Of a stretch of 64,000 nt of DNA, positions 1-12,100 are shown piece after piece. The stretch lies in assembly GCF_009914755.1 (NCBI RefSeq), contig NC_060931.1; one strand, written 5' to 3'. Each line of letters starts with the position of its first letter. Position 1 is the stretch's first letter. The position numbers were made by a program, and so were the translations under genes. This stretch comes from the human T2T-CHM13v2.0 reference genome, Homo sapiens. The notes below the pieces were generated by a model that did no database searches, had not been told where the DNA came from, and was given only the letters and a program-made list of their open reading frames with translations.

Positions 1-1132
1 ATATTGTTTTGGCTATTTGGGGAGGAAAACATTACTAAAACCAGTAAGTTAAAGCTCTTGCTTTAAACTTTGGCTTTAATTTAACAAATGTTCTATGGAA
101 TGACAGTATGTATGTAACCATGCTATGCCCATTCAGAGATGCAGTAGAGGGAAGAATTTCTCAAAGACAACTCTTCTAAGACTCAAATTAAACCGTACTG
201 AGTTTGAAAAGAGAAAGTCCAGGAATTACCAAGTATTTTAGATATCAGATACAAGAGAATGCCAGGTATGCGACGATAATCAGCAATGATTGTTCACACA
301 ATACATCAGCTCATTATTTGAATTAGCTTTTGAATTACAAAGACAAATGGATCAAGTCTAGACTCTTTAGTATATAAATCTTATTAGGCTGATATGTGTT
401 TTCCCCTGGTTTTCCACAAGGATATTACAAATTTGCAAACCTCAGCTGCTCTCATTTTATGCTCTCACCAAACCAAAAGCTGAAGTTCATCAATCAGTGT
501 GTCTAAGTGTTCACTGGTTATATACCATTTTGTAGTTTCAGCTGTCTTTCCAACTTCCTAAATCATCACCTTCATTTGATCTTGTTTTTTTCCACTATCA
601 CTTCTTTTTTGACCATATAAATAATATAAGTAAGTTCTTATTTTGTTATTGTTCATTTTAGTCTAATTTCATCAAAAGATCACAATCTTTTAATTTCATT
701 TTAATTTCAAAGATTAAATGAAACCTACATAGAAATGAGTGTAATATTTGCATTTGCATTATTTTGGCATCAATTTGCTGTCCTCCCTCATGCACATAGA
801 GATCATTTCCATATACGTGATTTCAAACATCCAAGTGCAGTATTAAAAGCAGTTGTAAATTATGGTTCTCATTTTCATGATACAATTACAATATAAACTT
901 CCTCTTGCTGCTGTAACCAATTACCACAAACTTCATATCTTACAATAAAATGACCTTTAATCCTACTGTTCTGTAGTTCAGAAGCCTTAAATGAAACTCA
1001 CAGGGCTAACATCAAGGTTTGGGCAGGGCTGCAGTCTTTCTGAGGGCTATGTGGCAGAATCTATTACTTGATTTTTTTCAGCATCCAGAGGCCACCTTTA
1101 TTCCTTGGAACATGACCTCATTCTTACATCCT

Positions 1133-1429
1133 ATTTTTCTTTTTTTTTTTTTGATGGAGTCTCCTTCTGTCACCCAGGCTGGAGTGCAGTGGCATGATCT
1201 CAGCTCACTGCAACCTCTGCCTCCCGGCTTCAAGTGATTCTTCTGCCTCAGCTTCCTGAGTAGCTTGGACTACAGACACTTGCCACTATGCCCAGTTAAT
1301 TTTTTGTATTTTTAGTAGGGATGGGGTTTCACCATGTTAGCCAGGATGGTCTCGATCTCCTGACCTCGTGATAAACCCAGCCCAGCTTCCCAAAGTGCTG
1401 GGATTAGGCGTGAGCCACTGCACTGGGTC
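1133..1429 (-). mobile_element. Full-length Alu SINE (AluS, AluSc/Sc8-like), antisense
   Basis: Poly-T at ~1134-1152, then gatggagtctc...cacccaggctggagtgcagtggc..., the middle linker aattttttgtatttttagta, and caaagtgctgggatta..gtgagccactgc. The diagnostic gttagccaggatggtctcgatctcctgacctcgtga occurs together with AluS-type caacctc..caagtgattc. Degenerate TSD: tcattcttacatcct (1118-1132) and tcattcttgtatgtt (1431-1445). Confidence 0.95.
1349..1357 (-). promoter_or_regulatory. Alu internal Pol III B box (GATCGAGAC on the minus strand)
   Basis: + strand gtctcgatc at the expected left-arm position. Activity cannot be inferred from sequence. Confidence 0.6.
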
Positions 1430-1792
1430 GTCATTCTTGTATGTTAAAAGTCAGTGATGTTGAGTAATTTCTCATGCCACCACCTCCAAGGTTGCCTTTC
1501 TTCTGCCTTCTTCTTTCACTTATAAGGAAATTTGTGCTTTCACTGATCCCACCCATTTAAGACAATCTCTCTATCATTTTTCCACAAACTTAATTTCACT
1601 TGAAATCTAATTTCACACTGCTGTGCAACCTAACATATTTGTACGTTAGACTCTGGGAATTAGGACATGAAAATTTTGGGGAGGCCATTCTTTGGCCTAC
1701 AGCAGTCATAATCTATTTTACCTGCAGATTAAAGCGTTCTTTATTTTTCTGTCTCCCTCTCTTAATTTTTTTAAAATAATATGAATTTTAGT

Positions 1793-2419
1793 AAAGAGAA
1801 AGAAAGAAAAGGAAACAAAGAAAGAAAAAGAAGGAAGGAAAGAAGGAAGGAAGGAAATAAAGAAAGAAAGAAGAAAGAAAAGAAGGAGGAAATGAGGGAA
1901 GGAAGGGAAGGAGGGAGGAAGGGAGAAAGGCAGGAAGGGAGAAAAAAAGCATGAACACAAGAAGGAAAGAAGGAAATAAAGAAAGAGGAAGAAAGAGAGA
2001 AAGAAAGAAAGAAAGGAGGAAGGGAGGAAGGAAAGGAGGAACAGAGAATGGTAAAAGGCAGAAAGACAAAGAAACAAAGAAAATAAAGAGGCGAAGGAAG
2101 GAAGGAAAAAGAGGAAAGGAAGGGAGGGAGGAAGGAAGAAAATGAGGGTGGGAGGAAGGGAGAAAAAAGGAAAGAAAGCAAGATCATGAGAAAGAAAGAA
2201 AAAATATGAGAAAAGAAGGCAGAAAAGGGAGGGAGAAAGGAAGGGAGGGCAAAAGGAAGGAAGAATAAGGGGAAAGAAAGAAGGAAAGAAGGAAGGAAGG
2301 AGAAAAAAGAAAGAAAAGAAAGGAAAAGAAAAGAAAAGGAAGAGGAAAAGAAGCAAGGAAGGAAGAAGGCAAGGGAAGGGAAGAGAAGAGACGGGAAGTT
2401 GGAAAGAAGGAAGGAAGAA
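1793..2419. repeat. GA-rich polypurine low-complexity tract (mixed GAAA/GGAA/GGGA/GAAAA)
   Basis: About 630 bp of almost only A/G on the + strand; source of the F/L/S/P-rich minus-strand ORFs. Confidence 0.95.
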
Positions 2420-2474
2420 CGCATATATTAGAAATTCTGGGTTTGTTAGAGAATATGCCATACTGTTTTTTTTT

Positions 2475-2900
2475 TCACTTGAAAGGAAAGAGTATCTGCC
2501 ATTGAAGATTGGATGTCTTGTTGATGATATTGTTGTTCTTATCTTCCATATGATTATTGAGTTAGTGCCTAGTCTTTCCATTACTAAGACAAAAGTGTTG
2601 AAGTCTGCAAATATAATTTTGGATTTTTCTAGTTCACCTTTGATTTCCTTCCTGTTTTACCTCATGTATTTGGAGGTTCTGTTGTTAGCTGCATATCCTA
2701 ATTAGTAGGATGTTTACATCTTGAGAATTGATTATTCTATTATTTATTATCTCTCATCTCTGATACTATTTCTTGTTCCGAACTCTGTTGTGTCTAAGAT
2801 CAATGTAGTCCTTCCACAGCTTTATTTTAGTGTTTCCATGATATGGCTTTCTCCATATCTTGATGATAACCTATTTATATCTCTATATATTTGGAGCAAG
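2475..2900 (-). mobile_element. Ancient L1 (L1M-type) fragment, 5' ORF2/endonuclease region, antisense
   Basis: gtgttgaagtctgcaaatataattttggatttttctagttc...atgtatttggaggttctgttgttagctgcatat... is the typical antisense L1M ORF2 5' pattern. Heavily decayed. Confidence 0.75.
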
Positions 2901-2919
2901 ATATAAAATTTAGACTTGA

Positions 2920-3330
2920 CTTTTTAAAGATTTTTCAAGATGTAATTCTTATTTCTTTTTGTTCTATTTGACATTCTCTCAGTTTCCTATATCTGAAGTT
3001 TGATTTTCCGTCACTTATTTTAGAATATTTTTGGCAGTTATTTTGAAATATATTTCTTTTGCTCAATTATTTTTTCCTCTTTTCTTTTTGGGATTTCAGT
3101 TATAACTACGGTAGGTAATTTCATCTCAGTCTTATGCAGGTACTTTTTCTCAGGGTCTCAGGAATGTAGCCTTCTCACACTTCTGTTCTTTTGCTGGCTG
3201 TGTTGGTGAGCTCAGTGATATTCCTCCTTCACCTTCAAAAGCAATTTTGTTTTGTTTTTCCTGTTTTCATACTCCCAGCATCAGGAGTATTCTAAGTGTG
3301 GCAGTTTTTGTTGCCTTCCCCTACATATTA
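2920..3330 (-). mobile_element. Ancient L1 fragment, probably ORF1 region, antisense
   Basis: ttttaaagattttt...tttggcagttattttgaaatatatttcttttgctc...tttttgggatttcagttataactacggtagg resembles antisense L1M ORF1. The right boundary is uncertain. Confidence 0.5.
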
Positions 3331-3338
3331 AGTGGAAT

Positions 3339-3618
3339 ATCTTGCTCTATTTGGACTCTTATAACCAAATAACATAAACTGGGTGAATAAAAAACAACAG
3401 ATATTTCTTTTTTCACACTTCTTGAGGCTGTAAGATCTCAGGTCAAGATGCTCACAAATTCAGTGTTGATGAGAGCCCATTTCATGGTTCATAGATGGTG
3501 CTTTCTTTCTATGTCCTCACATAGTGGAAGGCACACAAGAACTCCATTGAGCTTCTTTTATAAAGGCACTAATCCCATTCATAAGGGCTCGGCCCCCAAG
3601 ACCTGGTCACCTCCCAAG
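3339..3618 (-). mobile_element. MaLR LTR fragment (MLT1A/MLT1A0-like)
   Basis: tcttgctctatttggactcttataaccaaataacataaactgggtg...ggttcatagatggtgc...gtcctcacatagtggaagg...ttttataaaggcactaatcccattcataagggctc...tcacctcccaag matches the recalled MLT1A0 reverse complement; truncated at 3618. Confidence 0.8.
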
Positions 3619-3985
3619 TGGTCTGCTCTCCCTGATCTGTGTCATATACAGACTCTCTTGGATTCCTTACTAATTGCTTGAGAGATCGCAGTGGGTTTGT
3701 GGGGAAAAAGTTTTCAAGATGATGGATCTTTCCCAACTTCTGCAGCTGTCAGCGGTCTCCCAATCTCACCAGCCCCACTTTGCCTTTAGGAATTTATTGA
3801 TTATTCCAGCTTCACTTGTCATAGTGGTGTCTATTTGCATCTGTCCTATGTAAGTGCATCTGTCCTTATTCTCCTTGCAGGTGCAAGTACTCAGGAATAC
3901 ACTGTTGTTACTAATTCCTCAGTATTGGTTGGTACATTGTCAGAGATCAAAAAACATTTTTAATGATAAAAAAATTCTTGGAGGT

Positions 3986-4606
3986 TGTGTAATGGAGGGT
4001 TAACTCTGCAGACATGGCTTTCCAAAACCTTGCGCATTCCAAAGGTCTTCAGGACTGGCCCTTGACAAGCTCCTGGGAGATGATAACCTATGAGCCCTTG
4101 GTGTATGCTGCCTGATGAGTGTCTTTGTATACCTGAAAACGTAGGTCGCATCAAATAGCTGATGTTTACAACGTGATTTCTTGTGAGCACCTGTTTCTGT
4201 ATGCCTATGACTTTGTGTAATGCCATATTAACATGACCTCTCTTAGGGCATAGGGAGTTTGGTAACTAAGTAGCTAAGTTCAGTCACAGGATGCTTGATT
4301 CATGTGTGGCGGAATCCTAATAAAAACCCTGGACTCAAGACTGACTGAGCTTCCCTAGTTGGCAACAAGTTCACACATGTTGTCTCACACCATTGTAAAG
4401 AAAATCAGTCAGTGTGAAGTCCCCACTATGAAAAGACACCTGTAAGCTCACATCTGGTTTGTCCTGGACTCAACTTTATGTGCTTTTATGCTTCTGATTA
4501 TTTTAATCTGGTTTCTTTCACTGTTAGAAACTATCACCACAGTAAAAATCAGCTTTCTTGAGTTATGTGAATCATTAAACCAAAGAGGGACTTGGGCACC
4601 CCCAAT
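3986..4606 (+). mobile_element. ERV solo LTR, MER77-like (MER21/MER68/MER77 group)
   Basis: Starts tgtgtaatggagggttaactctgcag...gctcctgggagatgataacc...; contains aataaaaaccctggactcaag...gagcttccctagttggcaa and ttttaatctg; ends ...cttgggcaccccca. About 620 bp. Confidence 0.7.
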
Positions 4607-4644
4607 AGAAAGTATATATATTCTTAAAATGAAAAAGAATACTG

Positions 4645-5102
4645 GCTGTAGCAGATATTGCTGATGACTTGTCTTCTATGTCCTGGACTCAATGTGTTCA
4701 CCTAAAATTCACCTGTTTCCAGCTAACTGAGAGCTCCCCACATCATGCCTGTCTTTCTGATTTTGGGCCTGCCTGCAAGCTTCTTGAGGCTAACCAGTGC
4801 TTCTCAACCACACATAGGAACAAAGAAAGAGTTAGGGGTAGAGAGTTAATGATTCTAAGGCAATCCTTAAGCAATAAGAGATGGGGATTCCAGCATCCCC
4901 ATCTCTTTGTAAAGTTATTTTGACACAATCTCCATACCTCCATCATTACTGAGCACATAGCAGTAACTACTCATTCACACTGGCTTCGTGCTCTGTTTCA
5001 TTTTCTCCACTTCTGTGCTTTCTCACTCAATTTCTGATTAAAGTATCTGACCCCAGATATTTGTTTCATAGTCTATTTTTGAGGGAATCCAGAACCAAGA
5101 CA
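4645..5102 (+). mobile_element. ERVL solo LTR, LTR16-like
   Basis: The 3' end attaaagtatctgaccccagatatttgtttcatagtctatttttgagggaatccagaaccaagaca resembles the LTR16 terminus (...ggaacccaaactaagaca); internal gagttaatg...caataagagatgggga. The 5' boundary is approximate. Confidence 0.55.
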
Positions 5103-5649
5103 ATAACAATGGGAGCTTTGCAATGAGGGTGGGTGAGTATAATCATCAGAAGGTTACCTACCTCACTGGGAACATGAAGGCCTGGAAAGCTTGCTGTTTC
5201 AATGAGAGAAACATGTTGAATCTCAGTTCAATACCTATATATATATGTGCAATAAGACGTGCCCTTTACTTATATCAAAGGAAAGTGCTCTTTACCTCTC
5301 TTTGTTGTTGTGTTTTTATCACTATTGCCTACACAAGCAGAATATCATACCCAGGATTTAAAACCCTCTCTGCAGGATTTTCAAGCTCATATTTTTATCA
5401 TAAGTCACTCTGCTTCCATGGGTTTTCAATCTAATCCTCATTCCTCTGCTTTTACACCAGAGAATTCATCACTGACTTATTTTTGACTGACCTCCTTTTA
5501 GAGCTGTCAAGTATACAATTTCTGCTGTGACCTTTCTCTTATTAGAGTTCAGTCATATAGCCTCTCACTAGATATCATTTCCTCTTATCTTTCCTAATAA
5601 TGAATTGTCAGTTAAAACTCAATATTTTTAACATTGAGCTTACCATCTG

Positions 5650-5668
5650 CACACACACACACACACAC
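5650..5668. repeat. (CA)n microsatellite, ~9 units
   Basis: cacacacacacacacacac. Confidence 0.9.
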
Positions 5669-5859
5669 CATTATTGGTGTATTCTCATAGCCTTGAAACA
5701 CTAATGTCACGTTGATGTCTGCATTTTCTTTCTCTGCTACCTCATTCCTCATCCTTAGATTATTCTAAAAGATTCAATTAGATCAAGTTGGCTAATTATA
5801 TTTATAAGATCCTTTCTACCCTTACCAACTTTTCGTTTAACAAAATTTAAAAATTTCTG

Positions 5860-6080
5860 GCAGGAGACTGTTGAAATCCCCATGGATGACTGTGGTTTTA
5901 CTATTTTACCTTTCAGTTTTAATAGCTTTTATATTATGTATTTTGAAGTGATGCTATTGTGTGCATACATATTTCTTATTTTCATGACTTCTTGGTGTAT
6001 TTTCCCCTTTGTCATTTTGAAATGTTATTCTTCATCCCCAGTGATATTTCCTGTTCTGATGTCTACTTTGCTCATCACAG
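5860..6080 (-). mobile_element. Ancient L1 (L1M/L1ME-type) fragment, 5' ORF2 region, antisense
   Basis: gttgaaatcccc...atgtattttgaagtgatgctattgtgtgcatacatattt...cttcttggtgtattttcccctttgtcattttgaaatg...tgtctactttg; same L1 segment type as 2590-2800. Confidence 0.75.
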
Positions 6081-6145
6081 TTTTAGGGGGTTTTGGTTTG
6101 TTTGTTTTTCTATTTTTTGGTTCAAGTAAGTTTCTTACAAATCTG

Positions 6146-9100
6146 TTCAATTCTATTTGAAGATTCCATTTGATTCCATTCGAGAGTTACACTCGATTCC
6201 ATTCGATGATGATTCCATTAGAGTCCATTCAATGATTCCATTCGATGATGATTCCATTAGAGTCCATTCGAGCATTCCATTCGATTCCATACGATGATGT
6301 TTCCATTCGAGTCCACTCGATGATTCCATTCGAGTCCATTCGATGATTCCATCAGATTCCATTCAATGACACAATTCGAGTCCCTTCGTTGATTCCATTC
6401 GATTCCATTCTTTGATGACTGCATTCGTTTCCATTCGATGATGATTGCAACGGATTCCGTTTGATTTCTCCATTGGATTCCATTCCTTGCTGAATCCATT
6501 CAATTCCAATAGATGATGACTCCACTAGATTCCATTCAATGATGATTTCATTAGATTAAATTAGATGATGATCCAATTTGATTGTATTCAATGAAGATTC
6601 TATTAGATTCCATTCAATAATTTCATTCGATTCCATTTGAAGATTCCATTTGATTCCATTCCATGGTGATTCCTTTCGTGTCTAATCAATGATTCCATTT
6701 GATTCCATTCGATGATGATTCCATTTGGGTCCTTTCGATGATTCCATTCGATTCCATGCGATGATGATTCCATCGAGTCCATTCAATGATTCCATTTGAT
6801 TCAATTAGATGATGACTGCATTCGGTTCCATTCGATGATGATTCTAACGGACTCCATACGATGACTCCATTCGATTCCATTAATTGATGATTCCATTCGA
6901 TTCCATTGGTTGATGATTCCATTCAATTCCATTCGATGATGATTCCATTTGATTCCATTCGATGATGATTACATTTGATTCCATTCAATGATGATTCCAT
7001 TGGATTCCATTTGATGATTCCATTTGATTACATTTGATGATGATTCCTTTCGGGTCCATTTGATGATTCCATTCCATTCCATTCCATTTGATGATGATTT
7101 CATTCGATTATTCCATTCAACTCCATTTCATGTTTTCTTTCGATTCCACTCAATGTTGATTCCATTTGAGTCCATTCAATGATTCCGTTCGAGTGCATTC
7201 CATGATTTCATTAGAATCCATTCAATGATGATTCCATTCGATTCCATTCGATGATTCCATTTGATTTCATTCGATGATGATTACATTAGATTCCATTAGA
7301 TGATTCCATTCGAGTCCATTCAGTGATTGCATTCGAGTCCATTAAAGGATTCCATTTGATTCCATTCGATGATGACTCCATTCGAGTCCATTCAATGATG
7401 ATTCCATTTGATTCCATTCGATGATTCCATTGGATTCCATTCTTTGTTTTATTTTGATTCGTTTTGATGATGATTCCATTCAGTTTCATTTGATGATCCC
7501 ATTTGATTCTATTCGATGATGTTTGCATTCGAATCCATTTGAAGAAAATTCCATTCGATTCCATTGATGATGATTCCATTCGATTCTATTCAATGCCGAT
7601 TCTATTCGATTCCATTCGATGATGATTCCATTTGATTCCACTTGATGATTAAATTCGATTCCATTCGATGATGATTCCATTCGTGACCATTCGATGATTC
7701 CATTGAATTCCATTCAATAATGATTCCATTTGAGTCCATTGAATGATTCCATTGAAGCCCATTCAATGATTCCATCTGATTCCATTCAATGAATCCATTC
7801 GATTCCATTCTATGATGATTCCATTCATTTCCATTCAATGATGATTCCATTCGATTCCATTCAATGATTCCATTCGATTCCATTTGATGGTGATTCCACT
7901 CAATTCCATTCGATGATTCCATTCGAATCCATTCTATGATGAGTCCATCCATTTCAATTTCATGATAATTCCATTCGTTTCAATTCGATTCTATTCGATA
8001 TTGATTCCATTAGTTTCCATTGGATGATGATTCCATTCGAGTCCATTCGATGATAATCACATTCGATTTCATTCCATAATTCTATTCGATTCAATTCAAT
8101 GATGATTCCATCTGATTCCATTTGATGATTCCATTCGATGATGATTCCATTCGTTGCCATCCGATGATGGATTCCATTTGATTCCATTCGATGATTATTC
8201 CATTCGAGTCCATTCGGTGATTCCTTTTGATTCCAATTGAAGATGACTTCATTCGATTCCATTCGATGATACCATTCGATACCATTCTTTGATGATTCCA
8301 TTTGAGTGCATTCCATGATGATTCCTTTCAACTCCATTTGATGTTTATTCTTTTCTATTCCATTCGATGATGACTCCATTTGATGCCATTCAATGATGAT
8401 TCCATTTGATTCCATTCGATGATTCCATTAGATTCCATACGATGATGATTCCATTCGAGTCCATTCGATTATTCCATTCAATTCCATTCGATGATGATTC
8501 CATTCAATTCCATTCAATGATTCCATTTGATTCCTTTTGATGATTATTCCATTCGAGTCCATTCAGTGATTCCTTTTGATTCCAATTGAAGATGATTCCA
8601 TTCGATTACATTCGATGATACCATTAGATACCATTCGTTGATGATTCCATTTGAGTGCATTCCATGATACCATTCGATCCCATTCAGTGTTGAATCCACT
8701 CAATTTCACTCGATGATTCCATTCAATTCCATTCTATGATGATTCCATTCGAGTCCATTTGATGATTCCAATTGACTCCATTTGACGATGATTCCATTCA
8801 ATGATTGTATTCAATGATGATTCCATTCGTTATCGTTCAATGCTGATTCCATTCAATTCCATTCGATTATTCCATTTGATTCCATTCGATGATTCCATTC
8901 GATTACATTTGAGGATGATTCCATTCAATTCCATTTGATGATTCCATTCAATTCTATTCAATGATGATTCCATTCGATTCCATTCGATGATGACTGCATT
9001 CAATTCCATTTGATGATTACATTTGATTCCATTCGATGATGATTGTGATCGATTACGTTCGATGATTCCATTTGAGTCCATTCGATGATTCCATTTGAGC

Positions 9101-12100
9101 CCATTCGATAATTCCATTTGAGTCCAATCCATGATTCCATTCGAGTCCTTTCGATCATTCCATTTGAGTCCATTCGATGATGATTCCATTCGAGTCCATT
9201 TGATAATTCTTTTTGAGTCCATTCGATGATTATTCCATTCGAATCCATTCGATGATTCCATTTGATTCTGTTCGATGATGATTCCATTTGAGTCCATTCG
9301 ATGATTCCATGTGATTTCATTCGATGATGATTCCATTCGATTCCATTGAATGATTCCATTCTATTCCATTTGATGATGATTCCATTACATTACATTCAAT
9401 GATTCCATTCGAGTCCATTTAATGATTCCATTGAGTTCAATACGATGATGATTACATTGGATTCCATTCTGAGATTCCATTAGATTCCTTTCATTGATGA
9501 TTCCATTCGATTTCATTCGATGATGATTCCATATGATTTCATTCGATAATTATATTTGATTCGATTCGATGGAGATTCAATTCTATTACATTGGATGATT
9601 CCATTCAATTCCATTCGATGATGATTCCATTAAATTACATTGGATGATGAATCCATTTGATTCCATTTGATGACGATTCCATTGTATTCCATTTGATGAT
9701 GATTCCATTCGATTCCATTCGATGATGATTCCATTCACTTGCATTCCATGATGATTTAAATTGAGTCCATTCGAAGATTCCATTCGATTCCAATTGATCA
9801 TGACTAAATTCGGGTCCATTCAATGATTCCATTCCATTCCATTCCATGATGATTCCATTCGATGCCTTTCGATGATTCCATTCAATTCCATTCGTTGATG
9901 ATTCCATTCGAGTCCATTCTCTGATTCCATTAGATTCCATTTGAAGATGATTCCATTCAAGTCCATTCGATGATTCCATTCAATTCCATTCGATGATGAT
10001 TCCATTTGAGTCCATTTGATGATTCCATTCGATTCCATTCGATGATGATTCCATTCGTGTCCATTAGAAGATTCCATTCGAGTCCATTTGATTATTCCCT
10101 TAGATACCATTCATTGATGTTTCTATTCGATGCCATTCAATGATTCCATTTGGTTCCATTTGATGATATTTCCATTTGAGTCCATTCGATGATTCCATTG
10201 GATTCCATTCAATGATGATTCCATTGGTGTCCATTCAATGATTCCATTTGATTCCATTCAATGATGATTCCACTCAAGTCCATTCGATGATTCCATTCGA
10301 TTCCATTTGATGTTGATTCCATTCGAATCCATTCGATGATTCCATTTGATTCCATTCAATGATTCCTTTTGATCCCATTTGATGATTCCCTTTGATTCCA
10401 TTCGATGATCACTCCATTCAATTCAGTGATCCCATTGGATTCCATTTGATGATGATTCCATTAGATTCCACTCCATGATGGTTCCATTCAGTTCCATGTG
10501 ATGCTGATTCAATTAGATTCCATTTGATGATTCCATGCGATTCCATTTGTTGATGATTGCATTCGATTCCATTTGATGATGATTCCATTCAATTCCGTTC
10601 GATCGTGATTCCATTTGATTCCAATCGATGATGATTCCATTTGATTTCATTTGATGATTCTATTTGATTTCATTCGATGATGATTCCATTCTCTTCCATT
10701 AGATGATTCCATTTGATTCCTTTCTATGATGAATCTATTCGACTCCATTTGATGATGATTCCATTTGATGACGATTCCATTCGTGTCCATTCGATGATTC
10801 CACTTAATTCTATTCGATGATGATTCCAAACGAGTCCGTTAGATGATTCCATTTGATTCCATTAGATGATGATTCCTTTCGATGCCATTCAATGATTCCC
10901 TTCAATTTCATTTGATGATGATTCCATTCAATTCCATTTGATGATTCCATTCGATGATGATACCATTCAATGCCATTCGATGATTCCATTCGATTCCATT
11001 CGATGATTCCATTCAATTTCATTCAATGATGATTCCATTCTAGTCCATTCAATGTTTGCATTCGATTCCATTCAATGATGATTGCATTCCAGTTCATTCA
11101 ATGATTCCATTCGATTTCAATCGATGATGATTACATTCGATTCCATTCAATTGTGATTCCATTCAAGTCCATTCGATGATTCCATTCGATTCCATTTGAT
11201 GATGATTCCATGCGATGCCATTCAATGATTCTATTCGATTGCATTCAATGATGATTCCATTCGAGTCCACTCAATGATTCCATTCAAGTCCATTTGATGA
11301 TTCCTTTCTATTCCATTCGATGATGATTCCATTTGAGTCCATTCGATGATTCCATTTGATTCCATTCAATGATGGTTCCATTCGAGTCCATTCGATACTT
11401 CCATTTGATTTCATTCGATGATGATTCCATTCAATTGCTTTCAATGGTTTCATTCTATTCCAATCAATGATGATTCCATTCGATGACTCCATTCGCGTCC
11501 ATTTAAAGATTCCATTGGGTTCAATTCTATGATGATTACATTGCATTCCATTCTATGATTCCATTCAATTCCATTCGTTGATGATTCCATTTGACTCCAC
11601 TCGATGAAGATTCCATTCGATTTCATTCAGTGATTCTATTCGATTCCATTTGATGATGATTCCATTCTATTCAATTCGATGATTACATTACATCCCACTC
11701 AATGATGATTCCATTCGATTTTATTCAATGATTCTATTTCATTCTATTCGATGATGATCCCATTCTATTCAATTCTATGATTCCATTCGATTCCATTCGA
11801 TGAGGATTGCATTTGATTCTATTCGATGATTATTCCACTTGATTCGATTCAATGATGATTCCATCTGATTGCATTCGATGACGATTCCTTTTGGGTCCAT
11901 TAGAAGATTCCATTCAATTACATTCCATGACGATTCCGCTCGTGTCCATTCGATGATTCCATTAGACTCCATTCGACGATGATTCCATTCGATGCTATTC
12001 TATGATTCCGTTTGATTTCATTCAATGATGATTCCATTCTTGTCCATTCGTTGATTCCATTCGACTCCATTCGATGATGATTCCATTCGATGTTATTCTA

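Larger units (their letters stand above)
890..1703 (-). mobile_element. MaLR solo LTR (MLT1D-like), interrupted by an Alu at ~1133-1429
   Basis: 890-1117 reads ...ttcctcttgctgctgtaaccaattaccacaaactt...tcaaggtttgggcagggctg...; the right end reads ...gggaattaggacatgaaaattttggggaggccattctttggcctacagca. Both match the reverse complement of MLT1C/D/E LTRs as I recall them. Subfamily not computed. Confidence 0.75.

Noticed and set aside
1-889. AT-rich segment with possible decayed L1 or exon-like sequence
   Set aside because: I could not match it to a family or find a supportable ORF and splice structure, so it is left unannotated.
1019-1237. 72-aa ORF ending ...[22 protein letters not shown]
   Set aside because: Typical antisense-Alu-derived peptide joined to LTR sequence; no evidence of a gene.
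1734-2422. 8-bp inverted repeat gcgttctt/aagaacgc bracketing the GA tract, a possible TIR pair
   Set aside because: Too short, partly low-complexity, no TSD and no transposon interior; likely chance.
1718-2581. 287-aa hydrophobic ORF and overlapping F/L/S/P-rich ORFs resembling membrane proteins
   Set aside because: They are translations of the CT-rich strand of the GA low-complexity tract.
2590-6080. Similarity between 2590-2800 and 5865-6070 suggesting a local duplication
   Set aside because: Both look like the same conserved L1 ORF2 segment with low mutual identity; independent insertions explain it.
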